A DNA stretch of 63,772 nucleotides, filler included, from Diploschistes diacapsis (GCA_023645945.1; 24 parts of 24 records of this genome joined end to end with filler, not necessarily neighbours in it); one strand, 5' to 3'; shown: positions 26,495 to 40,347, counted from the first letter of the whole stretch. Translations and numbers: made by a program. The notes: generated by a model not told the origin, from the sequence alone.

Positions 26495-26840
26495 TAGGCT
26501 GGCCGTCACTGACACTGACACGGCCGTGTCAGTGACACGGACACTGATAGTGTCAATATCCGTGTTTTAGATTTTTTAGCTGCGGTGTCCGTGTCCGTGG
26601 ATTTACGGAAGTATAATGTTCGTGTTAATATTAATGTTTTAAAATTTTTAATTATAGTGTCCGTGTCCGTGTTTTTATTATAATATAATGTCCGTGTTAG
26701 TGTCCGTGTTGAGAAAATTTTTGTTGTAGTGTCCGTGTCAGTGCTTTTACTGTAGTGTAGTGTCCGTGTCAGTGTCCGTGCCGAGAAAATTTTCGCGGTA
26801 GTGTCCGTGTCAGTGACCGTGGCACGCAACGGCCAGCCTA
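26495..26840 (+). mobile_element. MITE, ~345 bp, TIR TAGGCTGGCCGT, internal GTGTCCGT repeats
   Basis: Perfect 12-bp TIRs; other copies at 35873-36217, 37112-37384, 33987-34231 (reverse, partial) and 63463-63564 (reverse, interrupted by LTR A). Confidence 0.85.
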
Positions 26841-27306
26841 ATTATAATTATCTTTATAAAAGACTATCCGACCGACGGACAATTCTAGGAAGAAGTTATA
26901 GTTAACTCGGATACCATAGCCTGGCAAGGCGACACCGACGATTTTTAATTTTACGGAGTTATTTTTTTAAGACTTTTTTTTGTTTATTATCCTCGTTAAT
27001 AAGTTTTTAATTTTTATCGATCTTTTCTCGTTTCGAAAGGATAGTTCGTTTAATTACCTTTTAAATAATAGAAATGTNNNNNNNNNNNNNNNNNNNNNNN
27101 NNNNNNNNNNNNNNNNNNNNNTTAATTAATTAANNNNNNNNNNNNNNNNNNNNNNNNNNNNNNNNNNNNNNNNNNNNACATCTATTATAAAAAAACAACG
27201 GATATCCTTTTAAATAAAGTAGGAAAAGGAATAAAGATCGAGGTAAAGATTGATTAAAAAAAATATCGCGTTTATAAGAAATACAAATATCTAGAAACGA
27301 GGATAG

Positions 27307-27625
27307 TGAGATAGCCCAGCTTAGGGGCTTGTTAAGCTACGGTAGGGTTAATGCCCAAATGCTTGCCAAGACACGGCAGGATTAATGCCCAGATGCTTGT
27401 TAAGACACGGCAGGATCAGGGGGTGGCTGTATAGATGGGTAGTTCCCGAACCCCGGTAGGTCTAACATCCATATTACTTAACGGTACCCTCTTCTCATTT
27501 AGATAGTTTCTTCTTCAGCTTTTCGAATCGAGACCTTTTACCTGCAGATGCCTAGCTACACCTAATCCTTCCGGATCAGGCCCAGCCCCCGGTAGAGTAG
27601 CATCCTTTCCTGCGCTGGCGTTTCA
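27307..27625. mobile_element. LTR family D, solo LTR
   Basis: TGAGA...TTTCA termini; homologs at 28733-29030 and in reverse at ~29810-30123. Confidence 0.7.
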
Positions 27626-30600
27626 TGATCCTTAATATATAAAAATTCAAATATTAAACTAAACTGATTGTTTGATATTAGAGTATCGGTGTTATGATTA
27701 GGCGGTGTTTCGTACAGCAACACGTCGTCTGTTCCTTCGTTTTGGAGATAATTCTTGATTAGTATGAACCATTTTTTGTGGTTTTTTTGTTTAGTACTGG
27801 AGCTACTTTTTTTTTATTTATGATATTTTTTATGGTTACAGTTTTCGTAAATAAAGAAGATTGGTGTAATAAATGAATCGTAGTTGGTAAATCGTTGATA
27901 AATAGAGTAGAGAGGTGTGAATTTTCTGTTAAAGAAGTGAAAATAATTGAATAAGTTTAGCGAGTTCAATTAAACTTCGATACTTGTTTAAAGTAATCGA
28001 ATAAATATAATAATAGAATTCTGCTGGATTTCGATGATTGTCGAAGAGGAGGATTTTCGGGTGTTAATTAAGTAAATCTAAACTCAGGTCCTGAACTTTA
28101 ACTTAATTCAGCCAATTTAGCTTTCTTAAAGCAGCGTAGTCGGTACCCGCGTTTTATTGATAAATAATTTAACATCTATTTTGGATCTAATTACTCTAGA
28201 GTGCTATAATCTAGATCTTAAGTTTTTAAGATTTTTTTAATTTAATCTATAATAGGTAACGTAATTGGATNNNNNNNNNNNNNNNNNNNNNNNNNNNNNN
28301 NNNNNNNNNNNNNNTTAATTAATTAANNNNNNNNNNNNNNNNNNNNNNNNNNNNNNNNNNNNNNNNNNNNCGCCGTGTTTCGCCAAACCTTTTGGCGAAA
28401 GTTGGCGAGTCGCTTGAACGCATTATCTGTCGCCCACCTCGCCGGTTTCGCCAGTTTCGCCAACCTCGCGGATTTTCGCGGTGTTTCGCCGCCAAAAACT
28501 TTTCGTGATGCGAACCTATTGTATTATCGTCCTTAGTATCGAGGATGGTCAACTTTTATTAAACAATTTAATCTATTTCTTTAGATTCTATGGTGGCCCC
28601 GGCTTTTCTGGATCCGAGTTCTTTATATAAGCGACGTTCGCTGTGGTTTTTTTCTGAGGGTAGTTTTTAGTTATATGCCTAGTTTATTTATAATTAAAGT
28701 ATTTTTTTCGAGATTCAGATTTCGTTTCTCCGTGAGACAGCCCAGCCCAGGGGCCTGCCAAGCTGGGCCTGCCAAGCCACGGCAGGGTCAATGCCCAGGT
28801 GCTTGCCAAGATACGGCAGGGTTAGGGGGTGGTTGTGTAGACGGGTAGTCCTCGAACCCCCATAAATCTAGCATTTATACTACTTAACGGTGCTTTCTTC
28901 CCATTTAAATAGTTTTTTTTTAGCTTTTCGAATCGAGATCTTTTACCTGCAGATGCCTAGTTATACGTAATCCTTTCGGATTAGGTCCAGCCCTCGGTAG
29001 TATAATATCTCAATCCTGCGCTAACGTTTATATTCGAAAAGCTCGTTTTATTTTCGTACTCGTGACGAGAGTTTAAAACTTTAACCGAATTAAGTATTCA
29101 AGTGAGTTCACGATAAGCGAATTCGAAAGTATTATTCGCCGATTTATTATAAATAATCGCTCCCGTTGATAAAAAGGATTAAAACAAAAAAGAGAATTTA
29201 TAGTATTTTCGACTTTTAAAGAATTAATCGAGATCCTAACGATCGAAAAATATAATTCAGGTAATAAATCGGTAGCTAAAAAATACTTTATTAGATATCT
29301 CGCGTTACGGTAGTTATTTACGCCGGAGATTTTCGAAGAATTTAATATTAGCGAAGAATTAATACCGGAACGAACCTAATTAGGTCCTCGCGATAGCATT
29401 AAACGAACAAGATTCTCGTTAATGACCTTAACGAAAGAACCGGTTAACTAAAATATCTGTCTCNNNNNNNNNNNNNNNNNNNNNNNNNNNNNNNNNNNNN
29501 NNNNNNNTTAATTAATTAANNNNNNNNNNNNNNNNNNNNNNNNNNNNNNNNNNNNNNNNNNNNATATTAGACGGGATTTATACTTTTAAATAAATAAACG
29601 ACGGCTTATAGTATACCCTTAATAATTTCGTAAAATAAAATATTTTCGGTAATAATATCATTAACGTCGCATTTTATTAAGGATCGTTTATTTAGATCGA
29701 AGTGCGTTATTATAAATTTAAAAGATACGGCCTTTTTAATATTTCAAATATTTTTATCCCTTCAGACCCCTGCGGTATCCATCTAATTAAATTGTAAAAA
29801 GATTTAGCGTGAAACGCCAGCGCAGGAATGGAATACTACACTACCGGGGGCTGGGCCTGATCCGGAGGGATTACGTATAGCTGGGTATCTGTAGGTAAAA
29901 GGTCTCGATTCCAAAAGCTAGAGAAGAAACTATTTAAATGAGAGGGTGGTAGGAATAAATAATATGTAAGTAAGCTTTATAAGATTCGGGTCTTATCCGC
30001 CTATATCGCTACCTTTTAACATCCTTAGCACGATTAATACCTATTATATGACTTTATCGTTATATAATTTTATCATTATATAATCCCGGTAGCTTAGTAG
30101 GCGCCTAGATTGATTTATTTTACTACTTTCTTTTTTAGATATTTATATTTCTTATAAACGCGATGCTCCTTTTTAGTTATATTGCATTTTGATCTTTATT
30201 TTTTTGTTACGTTTCTTTAAAAGGATACCCGTTATCTTTTTTAAATTATTATTTTTTTATTCTCGAACCCTTTTTAGCGGCGTTTTTAATTAAATATGTT
30301 TCTTGATTTTATAAGAGAACGTGATCGTCGTAATAGTCGATATCGTTTCAATTTAAAGGCTCGCTCCTGTTTATAATTTTTACTGGCGTGGGTTGTTTCT
30401 TTCTAGACGTTATGAGGTATAAAAATCTTATCTTTTCGATATTTAATTAATGAAACTTCCGTAAGATGTCGAAAGTATTTTCGAAATTAGGAGCGGGATA
30501 TTAGCTATCGTCGGATAATTATCTTATTTAACGTATTTTATATTAGACGTTTAATCCTCGTTCGGGGCCACGTCTGGTATCGAAAATTTCTTCGAGCTTC

Positions 30601-31947
30601 TATTTTTTTTCGGTTTTCGTCTTTATCGGGAATGGTCTAGGATACGCCTGTCCTTNNNNNNNNNNNNNNNNNNNNNNNNNNNNNNNNNNNNNNNNNNNNT
30701 TAATTAATTAANNNNNNNNNNNNNNNNNNNNNNNNNNNNNNNNNNNNNNNNNNNNAATAAGAATTGCATAATCCTAACATATCACGATTATAAACTTCGG
30801 TTAAGAATCGCGAAAAACATAAAAGTCGATAAGTTAGATCTTATATACCTTAAACACGAAGAATGGAACGACCTTTATTATAAAAACAAGAAATATAGAT
30901 ATTACCATAACGGAACATACCCGACATAAAAATAAGTTATAGGAAAAGCCAGAGTTTTTTAATTATAAGTTAAACTAAAGAGTTATGTATTATAAATATA
31001 AGTGTTAATATACGGATTTAAATAAAGCGGATTTAAATCGACTTCGAAATTAGATTAAAACGATATACCGTGCGAACACTAATCGATCTAGATGTTATTA
31101 TAAACGCCATCTTAATCTTATATATATAACGGTTAAAAATAAAGAATTACGAACTTATATAAAAATATATACTTAGAATCGTGGTAACACGTAACGTCTT
31201 ATAAATTATTAAACGTACGTTACCGTTAATAATTAGGATCTTAAGATATATTAAGGAATTTATCTTCGATTTAATAAATATGATTATTTACGAAGTTATT
31301 CTCGAGAACTTTTAATTAAATATTTATAATCTAACGATCAACTTTAAGACACGGATTTTTAAATTAAACGGATATACGTGTGTCAACATATCCCGCCTAC
31401 GCGTAATCATAACGACTACGATAAATAAAAAAAAAGTATTATATAATACTCCCCGAACCGGTATTAAGAACGACCTTGATCAATAAATTTAGATACGAGA
31501 AATAAAGATTCATACTAATAAAAATACTAATAAAAAAGAAAATAATTACCTTTCAAAAATTCCTAAAAAATATTATTAATGTAAACATAAAAGTAGGCCG
31601 TGGACTTGGTGGGGGGCGAGTCCCTCAGAGCAGCTCCACATAAGGAGGTCTGCTAGGTAGCTCTAGACAATCAATGCATCCTATACCTCACAAATGTCCT
31701 ACCTAAATATACTGTTAACTACGAGATCACATTACATTCATCTACTACATTACCTACGACTACCTACCTATTACAGCAAGGGAAGTCTCCCTAGACAGCG
31801 CGCCTTATATTTATAATAAAAATTAACCTAAGGACTTGTTTAAAGACNNNNNNNNNNNNNNNNNNNNNNNNNNNNNNNNNNNNNNNNNNNNTTAATTAAT
31901 TAANNNNNNNNNNNNNNNNNNNNNNNNNNNNNNNNNNNNNNNNNNNN

Positions 31948-32940
31948 GGCCCCAGCAGACCCCACCTCAGCAAAAAATCCACCACGACGAGCGCGCAGTT
32001 GGGCTTGAAGCCACCGTCCGCCAACTCCCTCCTGACGCGGTCCAGGCCCATGAGTTCGAAGCCGGCCACCTCGTCGTCGCCCGGCGTCGGCACCTGGTTC
32101 CCGTCGCATTTTGCGCCCCGATCGGCGGCGGCGTCGGCACCGGCGTGGCGCAGCTCCAGGTCCCAGACGAACTGCACCTCGGGCTGCAGCAGCGCCTCCT
32201 CGCCGCCGCGCTGCGCGCGCGCGTCGCGCAGGTGCAGGTAGCTGACGGTGCCGGCGGGCCGCGCGCGCGCGCGCACGAAGCCGGCGGCCAGCGACGCCTC
32301 CTCGGCCGCTTCGCGCGCCAGGCTGGCCAGCGGCGTCTCGCCCGCCGCGATCCCGCCCGCCACCGTGTTGTCCAGCAGCCGCGGGTAGGTGGCTTTGCCG
32401 GCGGCCCGGCGCGGGATCCACAGCTTCAGCTCGAGCTCGGGCTCGCGCGCCGGAGCCGCACCTGGCGCTCGGGTGGGCAGAGCGGCGGTGGTGGTGGTGG
32501 TGGTCGTGGTCGTGGGATTTGGGATGCTGGGGGGGCACCGGGGCACCCAGGTGTAGCAGTTGCAGTGCACGCCCCACGTCTCGACGCCGAACAGCGCCGC
32601 GCCCGCGCGCTCCAGCTCGACGCCGCGCCCCGGCACGTCGACGATCGGGTACAGCTCGTCGCGCCACGCGCCGGGGCCGCTGAGCACGACGAAGGTCTGC
32701 TGGGCGCGCGCGTGCGCGAGCTGGCGCGCGAGGATGGCGGATTCGCTGAGCGTCGGGTGGAATGGGATCGTGACCGTGCGCTCGGCATGGGAGATTCGGA
32801 AGAGGGGGGTTGGAGCGGAGGATGTGCTGGTGGTGGATGGGAGGGAGAGCCAGGGCATGCGCTCGACGACAAAGGGCGGGATCAGACCGAAGGTGCGCAG
32901 GGTGGTGCAGGTGGAGTCGTAGCTCGTTAGGAGGGCGAAG
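31948..32940 (-). CDS. Nudix hydrolase (YJR142W/Nudix-20-like), partial
   Basis: WRDELYP, ERAGAALFGVETWGVHCN, LWIPRRAAGKATYPRLLDNTVAGG, Nudix box GETPLASLAREAAEEASL, FKPNCALVVVDFLLRWG; both ends cut by the contig. Confidence 0.9.
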
Positions 32941-33139
32941 AGGTAGTAGGTTGATGTTAGCGAGCGGTAAGCGGCGGTGTTGGGGGGTGGAAAACTGAAG
33001 TTGTTAGCACTGGATGCGGAGAGGAAGTTGGTGGGGTGGNNNNNNNNNNNNNNNNNNNNNNNNNNNNNNNNNNNNNNNNNNNNTTAATTAATTAANNNNN
33101 NNNNNNNNNNNNNNNNNNNNNNNNNNNNNNNNNNNNNNN

Positions 33140-33440
33140 CTATTATTATATTTATAATATTATTAATATTGCGTATCTCGAGCCGGTGTTAGATCTAATT
33201 AACGACCCTTACTACCAACGATCCTTACCGTCGCCACTTATAACGATAAAACTGACGAAAAATACGAGATCGAGCGATTATTAATTAAACGCCGTATACG
33301 TAAAAGACGCGAATAAAATATTTAATACTTAATATAATAATTAAAATACGATATTACCGACGATATATGGATTATAAAACGAAAATTATAACGATATTTA
33401 ACAGACCGAATCGCCGAATTTGAAACAAAGCACGCCAACG
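33140..33440 (+). mobile_element. RIPped chromoviral Gypsy integrase C-terminus and chromodomain
   Basis: EKYEIERLLIKRRIRK... is homologous to the better-preserved chromodomain at 56023-56250. Confidence 0.65.
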
Positions 33441-34484
33441 CCGTGAAGGCAGGACTACAAAAAGTATAAGATAGGAATTATATCTACGAAATAGAGGTAA
33501 GCTTGATAAAAGAACAGGATTACTTTAGAAATAAGAGAAAAGAGAGCAATATAGGACATATTATTAGGATACTTTTGGGCCAAAATTGTAAGGGTTTGTC
33601 TTGCTGTTTTGGTACTTGTTAAGAATATTGCTTATAGGGGCATAAGTTTGTTATATCCGGGGATATTATAATAACTATAGCAGCTATGGTTACAAACTGT
33701 TGCTATTATTAGGAAATATCGCTTGCGTGTCGCTTAGACTTGCATCTGCCGGTGTCGCTTGTGACGCCATGGCCCATGATGCCATTAGGCATCCACTACC
33801 TGTTGCTATAAGAGCTCGTTACACCCACCTAGCTTTTAGAATCTATCTTCTTCACCACTTACAAATTTGACTATAAACTGACAAACCCGTATACTTAAAT
33901 CGACGCATATTGAATTTATAACGTTTTATAAAGAAAACCGAAAGCAAAAAACGTTTCTTAATAATCGTAAAAAACGTAAATTAAATTAGGCTGGCCGTTT
34001 CGTGCCACGGTCACTGACACGGATACTGTAGCAAAAATTTTCAAAACACGGACATTAACACGGACATTACAGTTAAAAATTTAAAACACGGATACTGACA
34101 CGGATACTACACTATAATAAAAGCACGGACACGGACATTATAATTAAAAAATTTAAAACACGGACATTGATACGGATATTACACTATAATAAAAGCACTG
34201 ATATTGTAATGTAGTGAAAGCACGAATATTANNNNNNNNNNNNNNNNNNNNNNNNNNNNNNNNNNNNNNNNNNNNTTAATTAATTAANNNNNNNNNNNNN
34301 NNNNNNNNNNNNNNNNNNNNNNNNNNNNNNNGAATTATACAATAATAATATTATTAAATCGATTCGATTAGATATATAAAAGCGAATAATATTAACGGTA
34401 ATATTACTGTTATAATCGTTTATAATTAATAAACGACGCCTTTCGGGTCGATTCGATTTATTTAAAAATTTAAAAATATATATA

Positions 34485-35128
34485 ACGTATATGCATAGCG
34501 AGCGGACACTCATACCGAGCGGACACCCTTCTCGATTCGTACGAGTTGTAAATATATTTACGCGATCAATTCGTACGATAATTGATTATATTAATTATTA
34601 ATATCTTCCTTAGAAGCTAGAGAATTTATTTTATAAGTTCACGTATTATATTCGGACTAATTATACATGTTACAGCGTCGTACGCGCAATCCGATTTCCT
34701 TCGTACGATTTTTATTTTCAGATATATCAGCCTTTTTTTATACGAATTTCGATTTTTGAACACTATCATGCGATTATTTTAATACGTTAAATCATCTTTA
34801 ATTCGTACGCGTGTTTTTTTAATCTTTCTTCGTTTATTAAATGTTTTATTCGCCGTACGAAATTTCTTGATTTCGGTTTTAAGAATTATTATTTAACGTA
34901 TAATCGTCCGCGTAGATGGCCTAAATAACAGAAATTTATTCTCGATTATCGGGCTGCTTCGTACGAGGTTTATTTTTGCGATTTCAAGTAGTTGCAATTT
35001 TTATGGCCTCATATTAAAAATGATTCCATAATCATACGCATAGAAAATGGATGCGAAAGTTGAAAGTTCATAAAATTAAATAGGAGGTATCCGTTCGCTA
35101 TGAGTGTCCGCTCGCTATGCATATACGT
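34485..35128. mobile_element. Complete non-autonomous Tc1/mariner-pogo element (644 bp) inserted in a RIPped DDE_1 transposase
   Basis: ~43-bp TIRs ACGTATATGCATAGCGAGCGGACACTCAT..., TA on both sides; the left flank on the minus strand reads RRLLIINDYNSN (RIPped RLLILDGHGSH). Confidence 0.85.
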
Positions 35129-35872
35129 TATTAATAAAGTATTTCGAAACATCGCATCTAATATCGAACTTTTTAGACATACGAAAGGAATAAGGAGTCT
35201 ATCCTCGCAACGAGTCGGGTTGAAAAACATATAAACTTTTATAATAAACTTTATTAAATTCTTGCTATGTTTCTTTTATAATGATAATAAAATATAAAAC
35301 TTTAGGATCTTCTAATACTAAAAATTTCATTTTTTCCGATTATAAACTTAATAAATAAAAACTATAAGAATAAAATAAATAAAAAACTTCCGCCGTTAAC
35401 ATTCGTTCTCCGGAATGTAAGAGNNNNNNNNNNNNNNNNNNNNNNNNNNNNNNNNNNNNNNNNNNNNTTAATTAATTAANNNNNNNNNNNNNNNNNNNNN
35501 NNNNNNNNNNNNNNNNNNNNNNNTGGCTACGTTAGTCATCCAATCGTCCCATCGTCCAATCAAGTGGGGTGCTCGTAGACTCACTTAACGTCTTTCCCCA
35601 GGAAACGGAACACCCCACGAAGCGGAACACAATCCCTGCACCTTCGTAAAATGTATTTCTTAATATTGTCATCTTTCGTACGATAACATTCTTTTATTAT
35701 AAATACTTAAGAAGGCCGAATCGCTTTGGCATTACATGCTTTATAATTTAAAGAATGTAAATCCGTACGATAAACTAATAAACGATACGGAATTCTTTTA
35801 ATAATATTTCATCGTCGTCTACATGTGGAAAAATTAAAAAAAATACGGCGTTTTATAATAAAAACTTATAAC

Positions 35873-36217
35873 TAGGCTGGCCGTCACTGACACTGACACG
35901 GCCGTGTCAGTAACACGGATATTGATAGTGTCAGTATCCGTGTTTTAGATTTTTTAACTACGATGTCCGTGTCCGTGAATTCACGGAAATGTAATATCCG
36001 TATTAATATCCGTATTTTAAAATTTTTTATTACGATATCCGTGTCCGTGTTTTTATTATAATATAATATCTATATTAATATCCGTGTTAAAATTTTTTTA
36101 TTACGATATTCGTGTCCGTGCTTTTATTATAATATAATATCCGTGTTAATATCCGTGCTAAAATCTTTTTTGCTGCGGTGTCCGTGTCAGTGTCCGTGGC
36201 ACGAAACGGCCAGCCTA
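35873..36217 (+). mobile_element. MITE, same family as 26495-26840
   Basis: TAGGCTGGCCGT...ACGGCCAGCCTA termini. Confidence 0.85.
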
Positions 36218-37907
36218 GGTCTGATAGGATTAATGAACTCGTACTAGTCTTATTGCGGATATAAATTCCTGTTATTTTTGTTTAGGTATTCTTTTAGTAA
36301 GGTTATTCGTTAATTGTTGATTGGTGGTGTTACGATCCAAGTGGCTAGGTGGTAGTCCACATGGCACTTCACAGCTGATCGGGCCTAACCCAACCATTCC
36401 TTGTATATAATCCAATCATAATAACACTAATCACGTGATAAATAAAAAGTTTTAAAGACTATTCTATCTTCTATAAATAGAACAGAAGAATAATGATTTT
36501 ATTTATCTATTGATCTACTCCGCTAAGAAATAATTAATTATATAAGAACGCGTTATAGTTCTTATAAATCGGGGTATGTTTATTTTCATAAATATTTTTA
36601 ACGATTACTCGAGATNNNNNNNNNNNNNNNNNNNNNNNNNNNNNNNNNNNNNNNNNNNNTTAATTAATTAANNNNNNNNNNNNNNNNNNNNNNNNNNNNN
36701 NNNNNNNNNNNNNNNGAATAGTTATAAATCTTAAACTACTTTTAAAAAAAAGGTTTTAAAGTAATAAAAGTAACGAATATAAATTAATCCCGAGTAATAA
36801 TTTAAAATATTTATAAAAATAAACACGCTCTAAATTTATAAAGGTTATAACGACGTTCTTATATAACCAACAACTTCCTTAATAAAGTAAATAAATAAAT
36901 AAATAAAATTACCGTTTTTTTTTTCTATTTATGATTAAGTAAAATGGTCTTTTGAATTTTTTATTCATCACGTGACCCGTGTCATCCTAATTGAACTATA
37001 TATAAAGAATGGTTAGGAAATGCCCGACTAACTGTTACGTACCAAGTACTACCGACTAGTACCTTGGATCGTAACATTTCTTTCTTCGACAATATCGAAA
37101 TTTAGTTAAACTAGGCTGGCCGTCACTGACACTGACACGGCCGTGTCCGTGACACAGACACTGATAGTGTCAGTGTCAGTGTTTTAGATTTTTAGCTGCG
37201 GTGTCCGTGTCCGTGGATTCACGGAAGTGCAGTATCCGTGTTAGTATTAATGTTTTAAAATTTTTAATTGCGGTGTCCGTGTCCGTGCTTTTATTATAGT
37301 GTAGTATCCGTGTTAGTGTCCGTATCGAAAAAATTTCTGTTGTAATTTCCGTGTCAGTAACCGTAGTACGAAACGGTTAGCCTATTTTTAAATAAACTTT
37401 TTTTTTAATAATTCTAGAATTATTATATCTATTTTTCACGTTTTTGTGTTTAATAAAAAATTTCATTCCGGTATTCCGGTAAATTCATTATAATATTAAT
37501 ATTAGTAATAATAGATTCACGGAAATATAATATTAATATTAATATTAATATTTTAGATTTTTTAATTACGGTATCCGTGTTCGTGCTTTCATTATAATAA
37601 AATATCCGTGTTAATGTCCGTGCCGAGAAATTTTTTATTACGATGTCCGTGTTAATAGATTCACGAAAATATAATATCCGTGTCCGTGCATTCACCGAAA
37701 TACTTTTTTTTTTTAATAATTCTAGAATTATCACGCCTATTTTCCACGCTTTTGTTTTTTAAAAAAAAATTTCACTACGGTATTCCGGTGAATTTATTGT
37801 AGTATCANNNNNNNNNNNNNNNNNNNNNNNNNNNNNNNNNNNNNNNNNNNNTTAATTAATTAANNNNNNNNNNNNNNNNNNNNNNNNNNNNNNNNNNNNN
37901 NNNNNNN

Positions 37908-39300
37908 ATAAAACGTAAAATGCGATCGGAAGCCGAAATAAAGCCGAAAAATAACGAAAGAAAATTATTAATATGAATCTTAATAGAAATTTTAGAATTA
38001 ATAAAAATAATGTTATAAGTCGGTAACGAAATAAATACGAGTTCTTTACGGATTATAAAAGAAGAATGATCGAATATAAAAATCGAAGTCGAATCGGTGT
38101 AAAAAAGTCCCGATCTAGAATTAACACGAAAGAATATAAAAAAACCGACGATAAATTTACGAAATATAGGGACCGACGTCGAAACGGATGAATCCCGATG
38201 GCCAAAAATAACTCTAAATAAGCTTATATCGTCTAATCTATTAACTATCCGCCGCAAGTTAATAACCTAATCCGTAAAAACATCGTTCATAACCCGCGCT
38301 TCATATAAACGTAAATACTCGTAATTTAAAATAATTTTCGACCTAAATCACCCTATTAATACTATAGGCGCAAAAATATTTAACCTATATACGCGTCTTT
38401 AAGTTTATTAATCCTATAAAAGTTCTCCCGAATTAGATAACGGTCTAAACCCGTTCTTTATACCCTAAATTAAATTAAAAACTATTCGAAAGGAAGTACG
38501 TCCCGATTATAAACCGATTAAATATCGATTATTAACCGACGTAGATCCGTTATGAAGAAATTAGGAACCTATCAAACACTATTAATAAGCCGAATCTTTA
38601 ATTTATTAAACGGAAACGATTTATAAATTTATAAACTCGCTTTATTTTCGGATCCGAACAAATTATATAAACAAATCTTTTAGGAGAGAATCCGGAACAG
38701 GGAAGCTAAATAGGTATTATATTAACAATCAATAGGTTCCGGGAACAGGCGAGATAGCAAATTATAAGAAGAATCTCCGACTAAAACTAGAATATTTCCT
38801 ATTAATAACGATCGTTAACCTTCCGGAACCCGATCGTATGGTATACGCATACCAGACGGGACAAAAATATTTTAAAGGAGTTTTCCATCGTGCTTCTATC
38901 TATAAGGATAATTATTCTATCTAAAATATATCTAAATATAAAAAAAAAAAAAAAACACGAAAGAATTACAAAAGCTATAAAGATATATCGAGATAAAAGG
39001 ATTCACTATTAACATATTTATCTTATAAAATTACTATATATTACAATCTATAAACACCCGTAACTTATACACCCGCGCTATACGCACCGAAGGACCGACA
39101 TTAGCCCATATATCAGCTAACCGGAACCGTATCGACAACTTTCCTACTCAACGACGAGCACGTGCCCGTCACCCTTCCGCGGAATTAGCGGAAATACATC
39201 GAAAGTTCTATAAAAGTTCTTAAATAAACATAAACAACGACTCTAGAAATCCAGAACTAAAAAAAAAAAAATAATTATAATAGATAATTATAATAGTCTT
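37908..39300 (+). mobile_element. RIP-degenerated retroelement sequence, possibly LINE ORF1
   Basis: RIP-type composition and remnant zinc-knuckle-like spacing near 39030-39180; class assignment is weak. Confidence 0.35.
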
Positions 39301-39449
39301 TCGGACGAACGGAGGAACTTAGTCCTAACGCCGCGCTAAGGCCGCTCCAAGGTCGCAAATCATAAAAGAAGTTTTTACAAAAGGATCTCCTCTTTTCTTC
39401 TCTAGAGATTAGTTCATGAATACTATGACCATTAATATCACACTACTGC

Positions 39450-39766
39450 ATTTCATCCTTTACAACGTTATTATTAAAGGACTCGATCTAGTCCAAAAGA
39501 TATCCAGTTAGACTACATAAACATGCCGAATAATTCCGCCTGTGGGAGAGTGTTGAACAGACAGGGAGAAGGTATGGCTAAAAATATAACTAAATTCTAG
39601 AAGGAGGTTCAGTTTAACTAAACCTTCTGGAATTCCAACTAGACCGAATAAGGAATAGTGTAAATAATAGGGCTTAACGTATCCCACGATAATAACAGTC
39701 TGTAAAGCAGGATAAACTCCTAGATAAGACCTCTAGACTTCAATATATCCATTAAGTTGCCAAACA
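39450..39766 (+). mobile_element. Copia 3' end with PPT and LTR family C
   Basis: TGTGGGAGAG PPT, then TGTTGAACAG...CCAAACA; homologous to 6180-6500. Confidence 0.75.
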
Positions 39767-40347
39767 GAAGGCTTTAAAAAAAGAACTATTATTAATATTA
39801 AAATCTAACTCGTTTATATTATAAATATATTCGGGCGCGTATTGTTTTTTATTATATTAAATTATTATTATATCGAATTATCGTTATATAATCTTGTAAT
39901 TTATCGTATTAAATTTATTCGACTCGATTTATCTCGTTTAAATATTAATAATTTCGGGAAATCGTTTATGAAATCGTGATATTTAATGTTTATTGATAAG
40001 TTAAAGATTTATAATTATAATTTTTAAATTCGAATCGAATCGAATACGTTCGCGTCGAATCTTTTTAGTTATTTCTATTATATCCTTGGTGGGAGATGGG
40101 TTAGGTTTAGGTCAGAAAGTGAAGGACTTAGAATTTTTCAAGATTGCGGAACCCATATCAGCGCGCAAATGCGCACTCAGTTTATACATGCAATCAATCA
40201 GTAAACCCCATAAAAGTGGTATCTAGAGCAAGCGCATCATGCGTATTTTCATTTAATCAACTTTGCACATCTTTTACAACGAGTTTGGGTTATGCGCGTG
40301 CATTGCAAGTTGAAAATCGCGATGATTCGACGTTCCCAATCGTAAAG

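Noticed and set aside
26506..26829. 107-aa Thr/Asp-repeat ORF (also 37450-37734 and 4408-4728)
   Set aside because: Translations of MITE or subterminal tandem repeats.
27560..27585. TCCGGATCAGG in LTR family D resembling the island palindrome
   Set aside because: Only a partial half-site match without dyad symmetry; probably chance.
40098..40112. GGGTTAGGTTTAGG as a telomere
   Set aside because: Only about two imperfect units, located inside a contig.
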